Below are positions 1 through 11,736 of a DNA stretch of 64,000 nucleotides, piece after piece. Below the pieces are notes generated by a model. That model saw only the letters and a list, made by a program, of their open reading frames with translations. It ran no database searches and was not told where the DNA came from. Where the stretch lies: positions 1 through 64,000 of IMG/VR virus record IMGVR_UViG_3300027804_000057; one strand, given 5' to 3'. Within the stretch, counting starts at the first letter, position 1. Every line of letters begins with the position of its first letter. The position numbers and the translations under genes were made by a program. The stretch comes from a virus. Taxonomy: Duplodnaviria; Caudoviricetes.

Positions 1-723
1 ATTTCAAACGAGTTGGAAGTTTTTATTGCCAAGAAATTTAGACCAGACCTTATAACAACATCAAATTATATTTTAGATTTTGGTGTTGAACTGCAACGTG
101 GTACAACAAACGATAACTTCTATACAAGTCCAAACTTCACAGTATTGGATGAAAACGGAATTACAAGGTCAGCGTTTATTGAAGAAGTTCCATCATCATT
201 TACTGGTGTTGAATCAATTACTGTTACGAATCCAGGTATTAATTACTCATCAACACCAACCGTTGCAATTCTAGGTGACGGTCGAGGCGCCAAGGCAGAA
301 GCCACAATTATAAATGGTCGTTTGTCATATATTACAGTTACAAATCCAGGTGTTGGTTACACGACTGCTGCAATTGTAATTACTGGAGGTGGCGGAACAT
401 TAGCCACTGGATCTGCTGTGCTTGAGAATAGATATGGTCAAATACGTATTGCTTACTTTAGACCAGATGAAACATCGAATCAAAGTGTTAAATCAATTCT
501 TAATTACCAAAACAACAATGGTGTGATGGGTCAAATTGACTACACCAAAGGTAAAATTTACATTAACAATTTTAATCCTCTATCTGTAGCCAACGATTTT
601 GATGAGTTGTCTGTACACATTCGTCCATCTAAATCAGTTATTCACTCAGAGAAAAATAAATTATTAACGTTTGATGTTAATGATTCTACTACAATTGTTA
701 TCAACATAGTACCAATAAAATAA
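1..723 (+). CDS. gp6: Baseplate wedge subunit gp6, C-terminal part (5'-truncated by the window)
   Basis: Frame is open from base 1 (ISNELEVF...). C-terminal G.IDY..GKI.IN motif and position directly upstream of gp7/gp8 match T4-like gp6. Confidence 0.8.
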   Translation: MSNELEVFIAKKFRPDLITTSNYILDFGVELQRGTTNDNFYTSPNFTVLDENGITRSAFIEEVPSSFTGVESITVTNPGINYSSTPTVAILGDGRGAKAEATIINGRLSYITVTNPGVGYTTAAIVITGGGGTLATGSAVLENRYGQIRIAYFRPDETSNQSVKSILNYQNNNGVMGQIDYTKGKIYINNFNPLSVANDFDELSVHIRPSKSVIHSEKNKLLTFDVNDSTTIVINIVPIK

Positions 724-3700
724 TGTCAGACGTAATTCTATCAAGTATAGTAGAAAGTCAACTTCCTGAATTTATTAGGGAAGAACATCAACTTTTTGCA
801 ACATTTATTAAACGATACTATGAGTGGTTGGAAAAGAACGGAAACATTGTTTTGGAGTCCAAAAAATTGGATGATGCCAAAGATGTTGACTTGGCTGACA
901 ATGTTTATATTGAACAAATTAGAAAAGAGATTGCACCATTTTTTCCAAAAGAACTGTTGCTCGACAAGGCTAAGTTTTTAAAGATCGTTGGTGAATTTTA
1001 TCGTTCAAAAGGTACACCAGAGTCTGTTAAGTTTCTTTTCCGTGTATTATACAATGAAGAAATAACAATCAGTTATCCAAAAGAACAGGTGTTGCGTACA
1101 TCTGATGGTAAATGGGTTCTTCCACTAGCCTTGCGTGTAACCGACAATGATGTAAATATTTTAGAAATTGAAAAAACAAAAATTATAGGTCAAACATCTA
1201 AAGCATCTGCAATCGTTGAGAAGGCAATAAAATCTGTTGACCGACAGTTGGGCATTGAATATGTTGAGTTATATATCTCCAACATCACAAAATTATTCAC
1301 TACTGGTGAAACGATTAGAACACACGTTACTGGGAATACACAAATTGAAGTTACAGCAACTTTGATTGGTTCTCTATCAGAAATTAAAATTGATCCAATA
1401 AATCGTGGATTGTATTACAATGGATATGATCCAGATTTAGGTTACGATGGTGATCCTGTTACAATTATTGGTGGTTTAAATCCACAATCTGCCAATCCGG
1501 TTGGTGCCTTAGCTACAGTTGGTACTGTTCTAAAAGGTTCTGTTAAAAACATTATTACTAGAAATGGTGGTTTTGGTTTTAGATATGATTCGGTTGCACC
1601 AAACTCAACGATTATTGACTTCAAAGGTGGTTTTGCCGGTGGACTTTTGGGTTCAGAAGCCAAGGCATTCATTTCGTTACTTGATGAAAATTATACACGA
1701 AATGTTAATGTTTCTGATGTTACAATTGAAACTGTTTATTCACAGTCAATTAATCAATGGGATAATACATCTAATACAAAAACAATTGGCCAAGTTACAA
1801 CATATCAAGATTTAGGTTTGTATAGTATTGCTTATGTTGACATTCTGTCATCTGGCGGTGGTTACAGACAAAAACCTGAAGTTGATATTTCCAGTATGTA
1901 TTTGGAAGACGTTGATGATTTATTGGTTATCACATCATGTACTGCCGTTCAAGGCAGTCGCATACTTAGAGATTCTTCACAAGATTTAACAGACACTTTT
2001 GAAGTTGGTGAAAGAGTCAAATTGTTTTTAAAGAATCGTTTTGAAGAAATACGAACAGTTACTGCAGTAACATCCGAAACAATTACGTTAGATGTTCCAT
2101 TTGAAAACAACATTGATAACTTGATGGTTTATAAACTATTGAGAAAAAATCTTGATGCGTTAGGTTCTTTAGGTCGTATTGAAATTTTAAGTGGTGGACA
2201 AAATTACAACGTAGGTGAATATTTAATATTCTCATCGACTGGTGGCCGTGGACTTGGCGCAAACGCACAAATTATTGAAGTTCACACCGCAAACAATGGT
2301 GTTAAATCGGTAGAATTCAACGAAAGAAGTATTGGTGCTTTAACTGGTGTAACAATTTCCACGGGTGGCACTGGTTATGGTGTAGGTAACACATTTACTG
2401 CTACGGGTGGAACTGGAACTTCTGCGGTGCTAACTGTTTTGACTGTTAATGGTAGTGGTAATGTTACTTCAGTTAATGTTTCAAATTCTGGCAAATACAT
2501 CACAAGTCCAACTACAACATTAAATCCATTTACATCAAACACTGGTTCTGGTTCTGGATTTAGAGCTAACTTAACAATTAGTTATGCACCAGAGTATATT
2601 CGTGGTGGTGAAGGTTATGATGCAGCACATTTACCAACAATAACTGTTAACACTGCATTTGGTACAGGTGCAACATTAATTGCCAAAGAAATTCTTGGTG
2701 ATGGTGAAGAACTCGAATTGTCAACAACTAGAATTGGATCTATTTCAACATTACGTGTTGTAAGTTATGGCTATGATTACATTTCTGCACCACAAATTTC
2801 ATTGCGTAATGCAGACTTGGTTGTTTCAAATGTAACATCAGGCCAAATTTTTGTTGCTAATACAAAAATCTATCAAGGTGCATCAAACACAAATACAACT
2901 TGGACAGCTTTTGTTGATAGATACGTCACATCAAACAACCACATGAGAATTTATAATTACCGTGGTGCTTTCAATGTTGCATCACAAATTATATCTGATG
3001 ATAATACAGTTTCTGCGAATGTTGTGAATGTATCTTACTATGGTGACGGCAAAGCAAAGGCAACAGCTGGGTTTGAAAATGGTTTAATTCGTTATCCTGG
3101 TATTTACTTGAACGAAGATGGCCAACTGAGTGCAGATAAGAAATTACAAGATTCTAAGAAATATCACAATTTCTCTTATGTAATCAACACCGAAAATGAT
3201 TATGTTAAATTTAAGAAAGCCTTGAATGATGTTGTTCACCCTGTTGGAACAAAAACATTTGTTACCAGAGTTAGTGCCAATCCAAAAAATGCTGCCAGAC
3301 CAAACAGCACAATCAAAATAATTTCTGTTCAGACTTTATCGAACACATTCAATGTATCCAATGGTTCAAACAATATGGTTGCAACTGGTGCTTCACCTAA
3401 TCTGGCATCTGTCATTTCTGTTGGTGATTATGTGACACTGAGAAATGTTGAACGTAGAATTAGTGGTACTGTAAATGTAGGTGTATCTTCCAATGTTGTT
3501 GTTGGTACTTCCACGAACTTCATTAACGATGTTCAGGCCAATGATGTTATTAAACTATCAACCGGAAACACATCAACTGTAACTGAAGTCATAAACGCAA
3601 ATACAATTTATACATATACTAATTTTGGCATATCAAATAATAATGCAACAATTAGTATCTTGTTCAATGACACAAAACAAGTCACATTTGTCAACGCAAA

Positions 3701-3773
3701 TACAATTTTGGTAAGTACCAAATTTACAACAAATTCTACCTATGTGACAACATCTCACCAAAAACTTGAATAA
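723..3773 (+). CDS. gp7: Baseplate wedge initiator gp7-like (1016 aa) with inserted beta modules
   Basis: N-terminal QLPEFIREE...F..FIK.YYEWLE, FYRSKGT.ES..FLFR.LY and C-terminal KLQDSKKYHNFSYVI..VHPVGTK are motifs of aquatic T4-like gp7. Lies between gp6 and gp8. Confidence 0.8.
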   Translation: MSDVILSSIVESQLPEFIREEHQLFATFIKRYYEWLEKNGNIVLESKKLDDAKDVDLADNVYIEQIRKEIAPFFPKELLLDKAKFLKIVGEFYRSKGTPESVKFLFRVLYNEEITISYPKEQVLRTSDGKWVLPLALRVTDNDVNILEIEKTKIIGQTSKASAIVEKAIKSVDRQLGIEYVELYISNITKLFTTGETIRTHVTGNTQIEVTATLIGSLSEIKIDPINRGLYYNGYDPDLGYDGDPVTIIGGLNPQSANPVGALATVGTVLKGSVKNIITRNGGFGFRYDSVAPNSTIIDFKGGFAGGLLGSEAKAFISLLDENYTRNVNVSDVTIETVYSQSINQWDNTSNTKTIGQVTTYQDLGLYSIAYVDILSSGGGYRQKPEVDISSMYLEDVDDLLVITSCTAVQGSRILRDSSQDLTDTFEVGERVKLFLKNRFEEIRTVTAVTSETITLDVPFENNIDNLMVYKLLRKNLDALGSLGRIEILSGGQNYNVGEYLIFSSTGGRGLGANAQIIEVHTANNGVKSVEFNERSIGALTGVTISTGGTGYGVGNTFTATGGTGTSAVLTVLTVNGSGNVTSVNVSNSGKYITSPTTTLNPFTSNTGSGSGFRANLTISYAPEYIRGGEGYDAAHLPTITVNTAFGTGATLIAKEILGDGEELELSTTRIGSISTLRVVSYGYDYISAPQISLRNADLVVSNVTSGQIFVANTKIYQGASNTNTTWTAFVDRYVTSNNHMRIYNYRGAFNVASQIISDDNTVSANVVNVSYYGDGKAKATAGFENGLIRYPGIYLNEDGQLSADKKLQDSKKYHNFSYVINTENDYVKFKKALNDVVHPVGTKTFVTRVSANPKNAARPNSTIKIISVQTLSNTFNVSNGSNNMVATGASPNLASVISVGDYVTLRNVERRISGTVNVGVSSNVVVGTSTNFINDVQANDVIKLSTGNTSTVTEVINANTIYTYTNFGISNNNATISILFNDTKQVTFVNANTILVSTKFTTNSTYVTTSHQKLE

Positions 3774-3776
3774 ATA
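3769..3776 (+). promoter_or_regulatory. Putative T4-type late promoter (AATAAATA) upstream of gp8
   Basis: 7/8 match to TATAAATA, immediately before the gp8 ATG at 3782. Confidence 0.5.
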
Positions 3777-3781
3777 AAGAC

Positions 3782-5110
3782 ATGTCTTCAATAATTACTA
3801 AAAACTTCTCAACCGAGTTAGCTCAGGATTTCACCTATCTATTTGATATTGGTGCGAATGATTATTTACCTCAAATCAGAAAGAGTTATGTTTTTGCAAT
3901 GTTGGGTAAACAAATTCCTTGGAACGCAGGAACTGAGGTTGTTCCAACACCAACAGAAACTATTCCTTCTTTCGTGCAATGTTGGGACAATGCTATTGTT
4001 GCAAAAAGAATGTCGTTAAATGATATATCTTATGTTGTTCCAAGAAGAAACTGGACATTAAATACCATATACTATGCTTATGATTCTGGTAATGCAAACT
4101 TTTACGTATTGAACAGTAAAGACCAAATCTTCAAGTGTTTAGATAACAACAGTAATGCAAACTCTACTGATGAACCACAACTATTTTTATCTTCAACTTC
4201 ATTAGAAGAACCTTACTTCCAAACTACTGATGGTTATAAGTGGAAATATATGTACACTTTGAACACATCACAAAAAGAACGATTTTTAACAGCAGATTGG
4301 ATGCCAGTTACATACAATAAGTTTGTACGGGCAGCTGCTTTGGACCGAAGTATTGATATTGTAAAAGTTACCAACAGTGGTAACAATTATGTCGATGGTT
4401 CAACACAATCAATTATTTCAGTTGATGGTGATGGCACTGGTGCTGTATTGAAAGCAAACGTATCAAATGGCCGCATTCAAAATGTAATTGTGCAAAGTCG
4501 TGGTTTAAACTACACAAAAGCAAATGTAATATTTACCGATATTACTGGTGGTAATGGTGCTGGTGCTGCAGCCACAATTTCTCTTGCTCCACAAAACGGC
4601 CACGGTTATGATCCAGTCGAAGAACTAACAGCAAACACTGTTATGTTGAATATTGATTTTGACGGCAGTGAATCTGGTGATTTTCCAGCAGAAAATGAAT
4701 TTAGACAAATTTCATTGGTTAAGAACCCTTACGTTTTCAATACATCAACGCTGGCATCTGGTCTACTATATAATGTATACACAAAAATTAATGTGTCACC
4801 AGGTATTGGTGACTTCAACAATGATGAGTATGTTTATCAAGGCGATTCACTAGATACTGCCACATTCTCAGCGCAAGTTATTTCGTTTGATGAACTTACG
4901 AATAACTTATTTTTAAATAATATATTGGGAACATTTCAGCCAAACGTCACAATCAAAGGTAATTTGAGTGGTGCGATTCGAGTTGGTGTTTCAAAAGCAG
5001 ATCCGGAATTACATTTGTATTCCGGTAAAACATTAATGATTATCAATCAGTTACCTTTAACTAGGGATCCTGACCAAACCGACCGAATTAAATTTATATT
5101 GAGTTTCTAA
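3782..5110 (+). CDS. gp8: Baseplate wedge subunit gp8
   Basis: Motifs VVPRRNW, FYVLNS..IFKCLDNN, DGYKWKYMYT, FRQISLVKNP and the C-terminal R..DQTDRIKFILSF. Confidence 0.9.
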   Translation: MSSIITKNFSTELAQDFTYLFDIGANDYLPQIRKSYVFAMLGKQIPWNAGTEVVPTPTETIPSFVQCWDNAIVAKRMSLNDISYVVPRRNWTLNTIYYAYDSGNANFYVLNSKDQIFKCLDNNSNANSTDEPQLFLSSTSLEEPYFQTTDGYKWKYMYTLNTSQKERFLTADWMPVTYNKFVRAAALDRSIDIVKVTNSGNNYVDGSTQSIISVDGDGTGAVLKANVSNGRIQNVIVQSRGLNYTKANVIFTDITGGNGAGAAATISLAPQNGHGYDPVEELTANTVMLNIDFDGSESGDFPAENEFRQISLVKNPYVFNTSTLASGLLYNVYTKINVSPGIGDFNNDEYVYQGDSLDTATFSAQVISFDELTNNLFLNNILGTFQPNVTIKGNLSGAIRVGVSKADPELHLYSGKTLMIINQLPLTRDPDQTDRIKFILSF

Positions 5111-5120
5111 CGAGGAATAC

Positions 5121-8100
5121 ATGACAACTCTTTTCAACTACGACCCATATTTCGATGACTTCGATGAAGACAAGAACTTCATGCGTGTCTTATTCCGACC
5201 TGGATATGCAGTCCAAGCCAGAGAATTAACTCAAGCTCAAACAATCCTCGCAAACCAGATTGAAAAATTTGGTAACCATATCTTTAAGAGTGGTAGTCCA
5301 ATCACTGGTGGTAAAATCTCACTTGATGACCGAGCATACTATATTCAATTAGATACACAATATAATGGTGAAGATGTTGTGTTGGAAAACTGGTTGAATA
5401 AAACTATTATTGGTTATAACACAACTAAAATTGTACGTGCAAAAGTTATTGCAATTGACAATACCACAACAAATCCTATCTTGGTCGTTAAGTATTTGAG
5501 TGGTGAGAAGTTTGTTGAAGCTGATGAGATAAAAATTTATGGTCAAAACATCTTTGCTCAAGCTAAAGCATTAAATGCTGTTGGTCGTTCATATGTTGCC
5601 AGTATCCAAGAAGGTATATATTACTTCAAAGGTCAATTTGTAAAAGTACTGCCTGAGTTCTTGGTACTTGAGACATTCTATCGTTTAGGTTATGATACAT
5701 CTACAATTAATGTATTGCCATCATATAAAATTGGTATTGAATTTGACCAAGAAATCTATGATGAAATTGATGATTCTTCGTTGTTGGATCCTGCACAAGG
5801 CTCATTTAACTATCAAGCTCCAGGTGCAACACGTTCAAAACTCATCACACGATTATCAAAACGCACATTAGATTCTGCTGATGAATCTGCGTTCTTTGAA
5901 GTTGTTCGTGTTGTTGATGGTGTTAAAACTAAAGAAGTTCAATACCCAATATACAGTGAAATAGAAAAAACTTTGGCCAGAAGAACTTATGATGAGTCTG
6001 GTAATTACACAGTTGATCCTTTTGTTTTGACTTTGGAAGAAGAATATGCGAATCGTGCAAACAATAATTATGCTGACCCAAATTATTTCAGTGTAATTTT
6101 GGATCCAGGTAAAGCTTATGTTGCCGGCCATGAATTTCAAACTATTGCACCTACTAAGTTAGGTGTTTATCGTGGTCGTGCTACAGCAAACGTATCAGAC
6201 TATGATATTCCTACAAATTATTCTAGTTATGTTGTTGTTGAGAATATTCAAGGTACAACAAACTTAGACATTACTACATTTCCAACTTTAGATATTCATT
6301 GTGTACCAAAACAATATATCGATAAGAGTGGTACAGTATATTACAATTCTACAAAAATTGGTACTGTTCGTGTCAACAACATGAAGTATCATGGTGCAAC
6401 GTCTACAACATTAGGTACATCACACACTCATAGATTGAATCTATTTGAAGCAAACACCACACCAATCATTGGTAATCTTGCTTCAAGTGGCCACACCTCA
6501 GCAAATGTTATATTGCCTACTGCGTGGTGTACAACATTGCAAGCCAACTCATATCAAGGAATGTATTTCCACATCACTGATGGTGCTGGTAGAGATTTGG
6601 CTCCAATTCGAATCGAATCTTCTGGTTCAAACTTCATTAGATTAGATTCAAGTTTATCATTTACTCCAGCTGCAAATGCTTTCACAATTGAATCTGGATT
6701 CAGTGGTGCTGAATCATTGGTGATTCGTTCTGGTGGTGCATTGCTTTGGGGTGCCGATGTTAATGCTGAATCTAGAGATTCTACAGGTGATGCATATATT
6801 ACCGAGAAAAACAAAGACAGTTTGTTATTCCCAATTCCTTTTGAAGCTTTAAAAGAAGGAACAATTACAAATTTTGATTTCTTTGCTAATAAAGTTTACT
6901 CCAACAAATTGTCTGATGGTGGTGGTGTAATTACAATCTCCACAGTTGGTACAGATACATTCGCATTTGCTGGTTCTGGTGGTACTTTAGGTGACACCGC
7001 AATTTTAGAAAATATTGTTTGTTTAGTTCGTTCTGATACTTCTGCAACAAATGCTGCATCAGGTATTGCTGGAAACACTATCTTATCTTTGGCTAATAAC
7101 TTATTTACTGTTGTTGCTGTTGATAGTACAACAATTCAAGTTGATTTGAATACTCCTGCTGTACGTTGTGATTTCATTATCAAAACTAAAGTAAATCAAG
7201 CTGAAGATGGTACCAATGGTGCAGTTAGAACAAAATCACTGTTCCCTGCGAACGATTATTTTCACACAAGAGTTCCATACATTTTAGATGACGTTGATGC
7301 TTTAAATGTTGGTAACACAGGTACGGTTACCGCTATTACTGGCGGTTATGTTTTCCCAACTATTGGTGTGACACACTATGATTTTTCATCTGTTGGTGGT
7401 TCTTTTCCATTGAATCAATTGAAAACTCCTGGTGTTCCGGTTAGTTTGCAAGTTGCAGACGTTTATGAAATTGTTAAGATCATTGATTCCAAAACAAATA
7501 CTGGCAACATTACAATGTCAATGTTGACTGATCCAACACACGATGTAACAGACCATTATGAGTTGGACAATGGCCACAGAAAAACACACTACGACCATGC
7601 TTCTATTAGATTGAAGCGTGGTTACAGTTCACCAACTGGTTCATCATTGATGATTCAGTACAAATATTTCAATCACGGTAGCGCACCATCTCCACAAAAT
7701 AATGGTTTGTTTACTGTTGATTCATATACTGGTTCAACTAATTTGACATACAATCAACTACCAAAATTCTTCAATCGTGAAGATGGTAGAATTGTTTCAG
7801 CTCGTGCTGCATTGGATTTTAGACCAACAAGAGATGTTGCAAGCACAACATTAACCGGTGCAGTCAATCCTGATCCAGATTCATTAGCAGAATTGTCATT
7901 TGAATATTATTTACCAAGGATTGACCAGGTTGTTGTTAAACCATCACAAGAAATTTCGATTATCAGTGGTAAACCTGCTGTAATTCCAGTTGCACCACCA
8001 GTTGGTCCAGAGGATTTACATCTATACACAATGTATGTTCCAGCATACACAGAAAGTGTAAAAGACATTCGTGCCGACTTTAAGAATAATAAACGTTACA

Positions 8101-11100
8101 CGATGAAAGATATTAGTTCGTTTGATACTAGAATTCGAGGCCTTGAGTATTATGTGTCTTTGAATACATTGGAAAAGAATGCCAATGATTCTAAAATCTT
8201 GGATGCAACTGGACTCGAAAGATCCAAGTATGGTATTCTAGTTGATAACTTTGGTGATAATGGTGTACAAGCAACATATGGTGATGCTGGTTTCGATAAT
8301 CGTTGTATGGTTGACAATGGTTTATTGAAGCCTGCTGCTTTGATGCGTACAGTGAAGATGCTTTGGAATGAAGCCGCATCTTCTGGTTCTTATCGTGCCA
8401 TTGGTTCTGGTGATAAACGTTCATTGATGATGGACTATACATCTTTACCATTTGCACAACAAGATTCTGCAACAAAGTCTGTCGGTGTAGCAAGTGCATT
8501 GTATGGTGCATTTAGAGGTAACATGAAGTTGTTCCCAGAGTATACAGCAGAAGCTGATACAGATTCAACAGCTAAAGTTACTTTAAATTCTTTACAAGGT
8601 ATCGAAAACCCATTCAACTTTATTAATGATGCATTTAGATATTTGTCTGATGCGAATCCTGGTTGGGTAAACGATGCAAATAATCCTTTTGCAAAAGTTA
8701 TTGACTCTAAGTGGTTCGAAAGTGCTTCTGAAACATCCGACACTAAAGTCACTAGTGGCGGTATTGGTTACGATTTAAAAGGCGCAGATTTTGGTAATTT
8801 ACAAACTACCACAAATAGTGTTTACATTAAGAGTGGTGCTCAATACACATTACAACAAATTGCAAAGCCAACTGCAAGTACTGTTGACGTTGGTACATAT
8901 GTTACCGATGTTTCAATTAATCCATACTTAAAGCCAAAAGCAATTTCTTTTGTTTGTAACTCTTTACGACCAGATAGTAATTATTTTGCTTTCTTTGATG
9001 GTGTTTCCGTAAACAATTATGTTGTTGTTCCTAATAGAATTACAACAACTATATCTCTTTCTACAAATGGTTTTCAGCCTGGTGAAATAGCAGTTATTGC
9101 GAATAATCAAGGTGAAGCTGCAACATTCATAACAAATTATAAAGCTCGTTCAGGAACTTATAAGACAGTTAGAATTGTTAATGCTGATGTTGGAAGAAAC
9201 GTGTCATTGGTCAACGAATCTGGTCAATCATTGCAAGGTAAATATTTGAGAGGTGTTAACTCCGACTCACTACGTTATATTGAGACATTGGAAGAACACA
9301 AATCTGGAGTAACACGTTCTGTTGGTGCAACAACAATTACTTTGGCTTCTGATGCTCCATCATTTAACATTGCAGCTTCAGCAAATACAAATGTTCTATA
9401 TTTGGTAAGGTCTATTGGAACAGATAGTGATGAAAAGGCAGGTATATTAGAAAATGCAACTTCAGGTGCGACTGTATCTGGTGCAACATTCAACATTATT
9501 GCCTACGATACAACAACAAAAATTGCTACTATACAACAAACAACATCAGCAACACAGAGAAGTTTAAATTGGACATATTCTCTAGGTTCAAATAAATCCA
9601 CATCTACTGGTGATGTTGGTGGTGTTTTGTATCCACCTAAAGCAACATTTAGAACCGGTGAACGTGTATTGCGTATTACTGAATCTTTCAATAATACTTA
9701 CGACAAAGATGCAATTTCATTTACTGAAACATCTTACGTTTCTTCTGGTGTTGCTCTTAAGAAAACAAATTTAATTGACACAGTTTATAACTTTGCTACT
9801 TCATCTAAGTTTACTGGTGAAACTACATCTAAAGTTCTTTCAAGTCAAACAACATCTTCAGTTCTAACAAGTACTGGTTACAATCCACCACCAGCGGCTG
9901 AAAATCCAACACCGGCTGCAGTTGTGGACCAAGCAGTGGTTACAAATGTGATATCTACTGCTGTGGATGATCCATTAGCACAAACATTCTATGTTGATCC
10001 TGAAAAGTATCCATTAGGTTTGTTTGCTGAAAGTATTGATCTATTCTTTAGTGCCAAAGATGATACATTACCTGTTACTGTTCAAATTCGACCAACAGTT
10101 AATGGTGCTCCATCAGCAGATTTCTGGTATCAAGAATCTGTATCGACAAAATATCCAAGTGAAGTTAATGTTTCTTCTACACCAAGTGTTGATGTTGCAT
10201 CTACTGCAACGAAGTTTACATTCCCATCACCTGTATTCTTAAAACCAGGTTTATATGCGGCAGTTATTTTGTCTAGCAGTCCAGACTACTTAATGTGGGT
10301 TGCTGAAAAAGGTGCATTGACAACAGCTAATAAAACTGTTTCACAAAACCCATATGTTGGTACTTTATACAAATCACAAAATTCAATGGAATATGTTCCA
10401 TTCTTAAACGAAGATTTGATGTTTACGTTGAATCGTTGTAAGTTTGTTACTGGTACATCTGCATACTTTAGTTTAGATTCAGAGAAGCCACCAAAAACAT
10501 ATTACATAGACAAATTTAGATTGTTGGAAACATCAATCAAACCGGCTTCAGATTTCCCTGTTGCATCAAACTACTATTTTGTTTCAACACCAATTAATGG
10601 TGCCAAAGAAACTCAATATAGAAGTTTGATTCCACAAATGAAATATGATTGTGGTTTGGATAGTAAGTACACACTTGGTTCCAGAAGAAAAGAGTTGGTC
10701 GATAAGGGTGACTTTACTGTTAAATACCAAATCTCAACCAACACAGATACTATTTCTCCAATCGTATCTTTAGAAAGTTTACACCTAAACGTTTGGGAAA
10801 ACTTTATTGATAACGCTGAAATCAATGCTGAAGATTTTAATATCATCAGTCCTGGTGCAGGTTATGCCAACTCAAATACGATTGTTATCAATTCATCAAC
10901 AGGTGAAGGTGCAACAGTTTATATGTCTTGTGATGGTGTAAAAGGTAATGTTCTTTCTATGAATGTTGCTTCAACAGGTTTTGGCTATTTGGATGATTTC
11001 ACAATTTCTTATCCAAATGCAAACACTACCGCAAACGTAACTTCGAATGCAAGTATTGTTTTGAATTCTGAATTTGATAGTACTGCTGGTCCTTGTTTGG

Positions 11101-11492
11101 CCAAGTATATCACTAAACCAGTTGTTCTTGCTGATGGATTTGATGCTGGTGATTTGCGTGTTTATTTGGCCGTTAATAGACCATCAGGCACTGATGTTAC
11201 CGTATTCTATAAGTTATTGTCGTCTTCAGATTCTACCTCATTCAAAGATAGAAGATATCAGAAGATGGAATGTTTCAATCCAACAACAAGTATTTCAGTA
11301 ACTGATTCGGACTTCTTTGAATTTGAATTTAGACCATCATTAACTGCCGATGCTGCAACGTATACATCTGATAATGGTGTAACGTATGATACCTTTAAAA
11401 CATTCTCAGTTAAGATTGTTATGACTTCATCAGATCCATCAGTCGTTCCGTCTATCAAAGACCTACGAATCATTGCTTTGCCAGCAGGTTGA
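5121..11492 (+). CDS. VrlC-like (DUF4815-type) large baseplate/virion structural protein, 2123 aa
   Basis: N-terminal PYFDDFDEDKNFMRVLFRPGYAVQARELTQ, RRTYDESGNY, ERSKYGILVDNF, DPLAQTFYV and the C-terminal PSIKDLRIIAL resemble VrlC-like proteins that follow gp8 in aquatic T4-like phages. Confidence 0.8.
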   Translation: MTTLFNYDPYFDDFDEDKNFMRVLFRPGYAVQARELTQAQTILANQIEKFGNHIFKSGSPITGGKISLDDRAYYIQLDTQYNGEDVVLENWLNKTIIGYNTTKIVRAKVIAIDNTTTNPILVVKYLSGEKFVEADEIKIYGQNIFAQAKALNAVGRSYVASIQEGIYYFKGQFVKVLPEFLVLETFYRLGYDTSTINVLPSYKIGIEFDQEIYDEIDDSSLLDPAQGSFNYQAPGATRSKLITRLSKRTLDSADESAFFEVVRVVDGVKTKEVQYPIYSEIEKTLARRTYDESGNYTVDPFVLTLEEEYANRANNNYADPNYFSVILDPGKAYVAGHEFQTIAPTKLGVYRGRATANVSDYDIPTNYSSYVVVENIQGTTNLDITTFPTLDIHCVPKQYIDKSGTVYYNSTKIGTVRVNNMKYHGATSTTLGTSHTHRLNLFEANTTPIIGNLASSGHTSANVILPTAWCTTLQANSYQGMYFHITDGAGRDLAPIRIESSGSNFIRLDSSLSFTPAANAFTIESGFSGAESLVIRSGGALLWGADVNAESRDSTGDAYITEKNKDSLLFPIPFEALKEGTITNFDFFANKVYSNKLSDGGGVITISTVGTDTFAFAGSGGTLGDTAILENIVCLVRSDTSATNAASGIAGNTILSLANNLFTVVAVDSTTIQVDLNTPAVRCDFIIKTKVNQAEDGTNGAVRTKSLFPANDYFHTRVPYILDDVDALNVGNTGTVTAITGGYVFPTIGVTHYDFSSVGGSFPLNQLKTPGVPVSLQVADVYEIVKIIDSKTNTGNITMSMLTDPTHDVTDHYELDNGHRKTHYDHASIRLKRGYSSPTGSSLMIQYKYFNHGSAPSPQNNGLFTVDSYTGSTNLTYNQLPKFFNREDGRIVSARAALDFRPTRDVASTTLTGAVNPDPDSLAELSFEYYLPRIDQVVVKPSQEISIISGKPAVIPVAPPVGPEDLHLYTMYVPAYTESVKDIRADFKNNKRYTMKDISSFDTRIRGLEYYVSLNTLEKNANDSKILDATGLERSKYGILVDNFGDNGVQATYGDAGFDNRCMVDNGLLKPAALMRTVKMLWNEAASSGSYRAIGSGDKRSLMMDYTSLPFAQQDSATKSVGVASALYGAFRGNMKLFPEYTAEADTDSTAKVTLNSLQGIENPFNFINDAFRYLSDANPGWVNDANNPFAKVIDSKWFESASETSDTKVTSGGIGYDLKGADFGNLQTTTNSVYIKSGAQYTLQQIAKPTASTVDVGTYVTDVSINPYLKPKAISFVCNSLRPDSNYFAFFDGVSVNNYVVVPNRITTTISLSTNGFQPGEIAVIANNQGEAATFITNYKARSGTYKTVRIVNADVGRNVSLVNESGQSLQGKYLRGVNSDSLRYIETLEEHKSGVTRSVGATTITLASDAPSFNIAASANTNVLYLVRSIGTDSDEKAGILENATSGATVSGATFNIIAYDTTTKIATIQQTTSATQRSLNWTYSLGSNKSTSTGDVGGVLYPPKATFRTGERVLRITESFNNTYDKDAISFTETSYVSSGVALKKTNLIDTVYNFATSSKFTGETTSKVLSSQTTSSVLTSTGYNPPPAAENPTPAAVVDQAVVTNVISTAVDDPLAQTFYVDPEKYPLGLFAESIDLFFSAKDDTLPVTVQIRPTVNGAPSADFWYQESVSTKYPSEVNVSSTPSVDVASTATKFTFPSPVFLKPGLYAAVILSSSPDYLMWVAEKGALTTANKTVSQNPYVGTLYKSQNSMEYVPFLNEDLMFTLNRCKFVTGTSAYFSLDSEKPPKTYYIDKFRLLETSIKPASDFPVASNYYFVSTPINGAKETQYRSLIPQMKYDCGLDSKYTLGSRRKELVDKGDFTVKYQISTNTDTISPIVSLESLHLNVWENFIDNAEINAEDFNIISPGAGYANSNTIVINSSTGEGATVYMSCDGVKGNVLSMNVASTGFGYLDDFTISYPNANTTANVTSNASIVLNSEFDSTAGPCLAKYITKPVVLADGFDAGDLRVYLAVNRPSGTDVTVFYKLLSSSDSTSFKDRRYQKMECFNPTTSISVTDSDFFEFEFRPSLTADAATYTSDNGVTYDTFKTFSVKIVMTSSDPSVVPSIKDLRIIALPAG

Positions 11493-11493
11493 T

Positions 11494-11727
11494 ATGATGC
11501 AAGTTAAAGTTGAAGGAACAAACTACGTTAAGGACATGGGCAACAAAGCCCTCCTTAACACGAATAAAAATGCTATCCTAGAAAATGAAGCTAGGAAGAA
11601 AATACGACAAAATTTATTGTCTAAAAATGATGAAATAAATACATTAAAAGAACAAGTATCTTCGATGAATGATGACCTTAGTGAAATTAAAAACTTGTTA
11701 AAAACATTACTAGAAAAAAAGAGTTAA
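11494..11727 (+). CDS. Small hypothetical protein with C-terminal coiled coil
   Basis: ATG follows the VrlC stop by 1 nt, so it is preferred over the track start at 11473. Coiled-coil tail EINTLKEQVSSMNDDLSEIKNLLKTLL. Confidence 0.65.
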   Translation: MMQVKVEGTNYVKDMGNKALLNTNKNAILENEARKKIRQNLLSKNDEINTLKEQVSSMNDDLSEIKNLLKTLLEKKS

Positions 11728-11736
11728 AGGTTAACG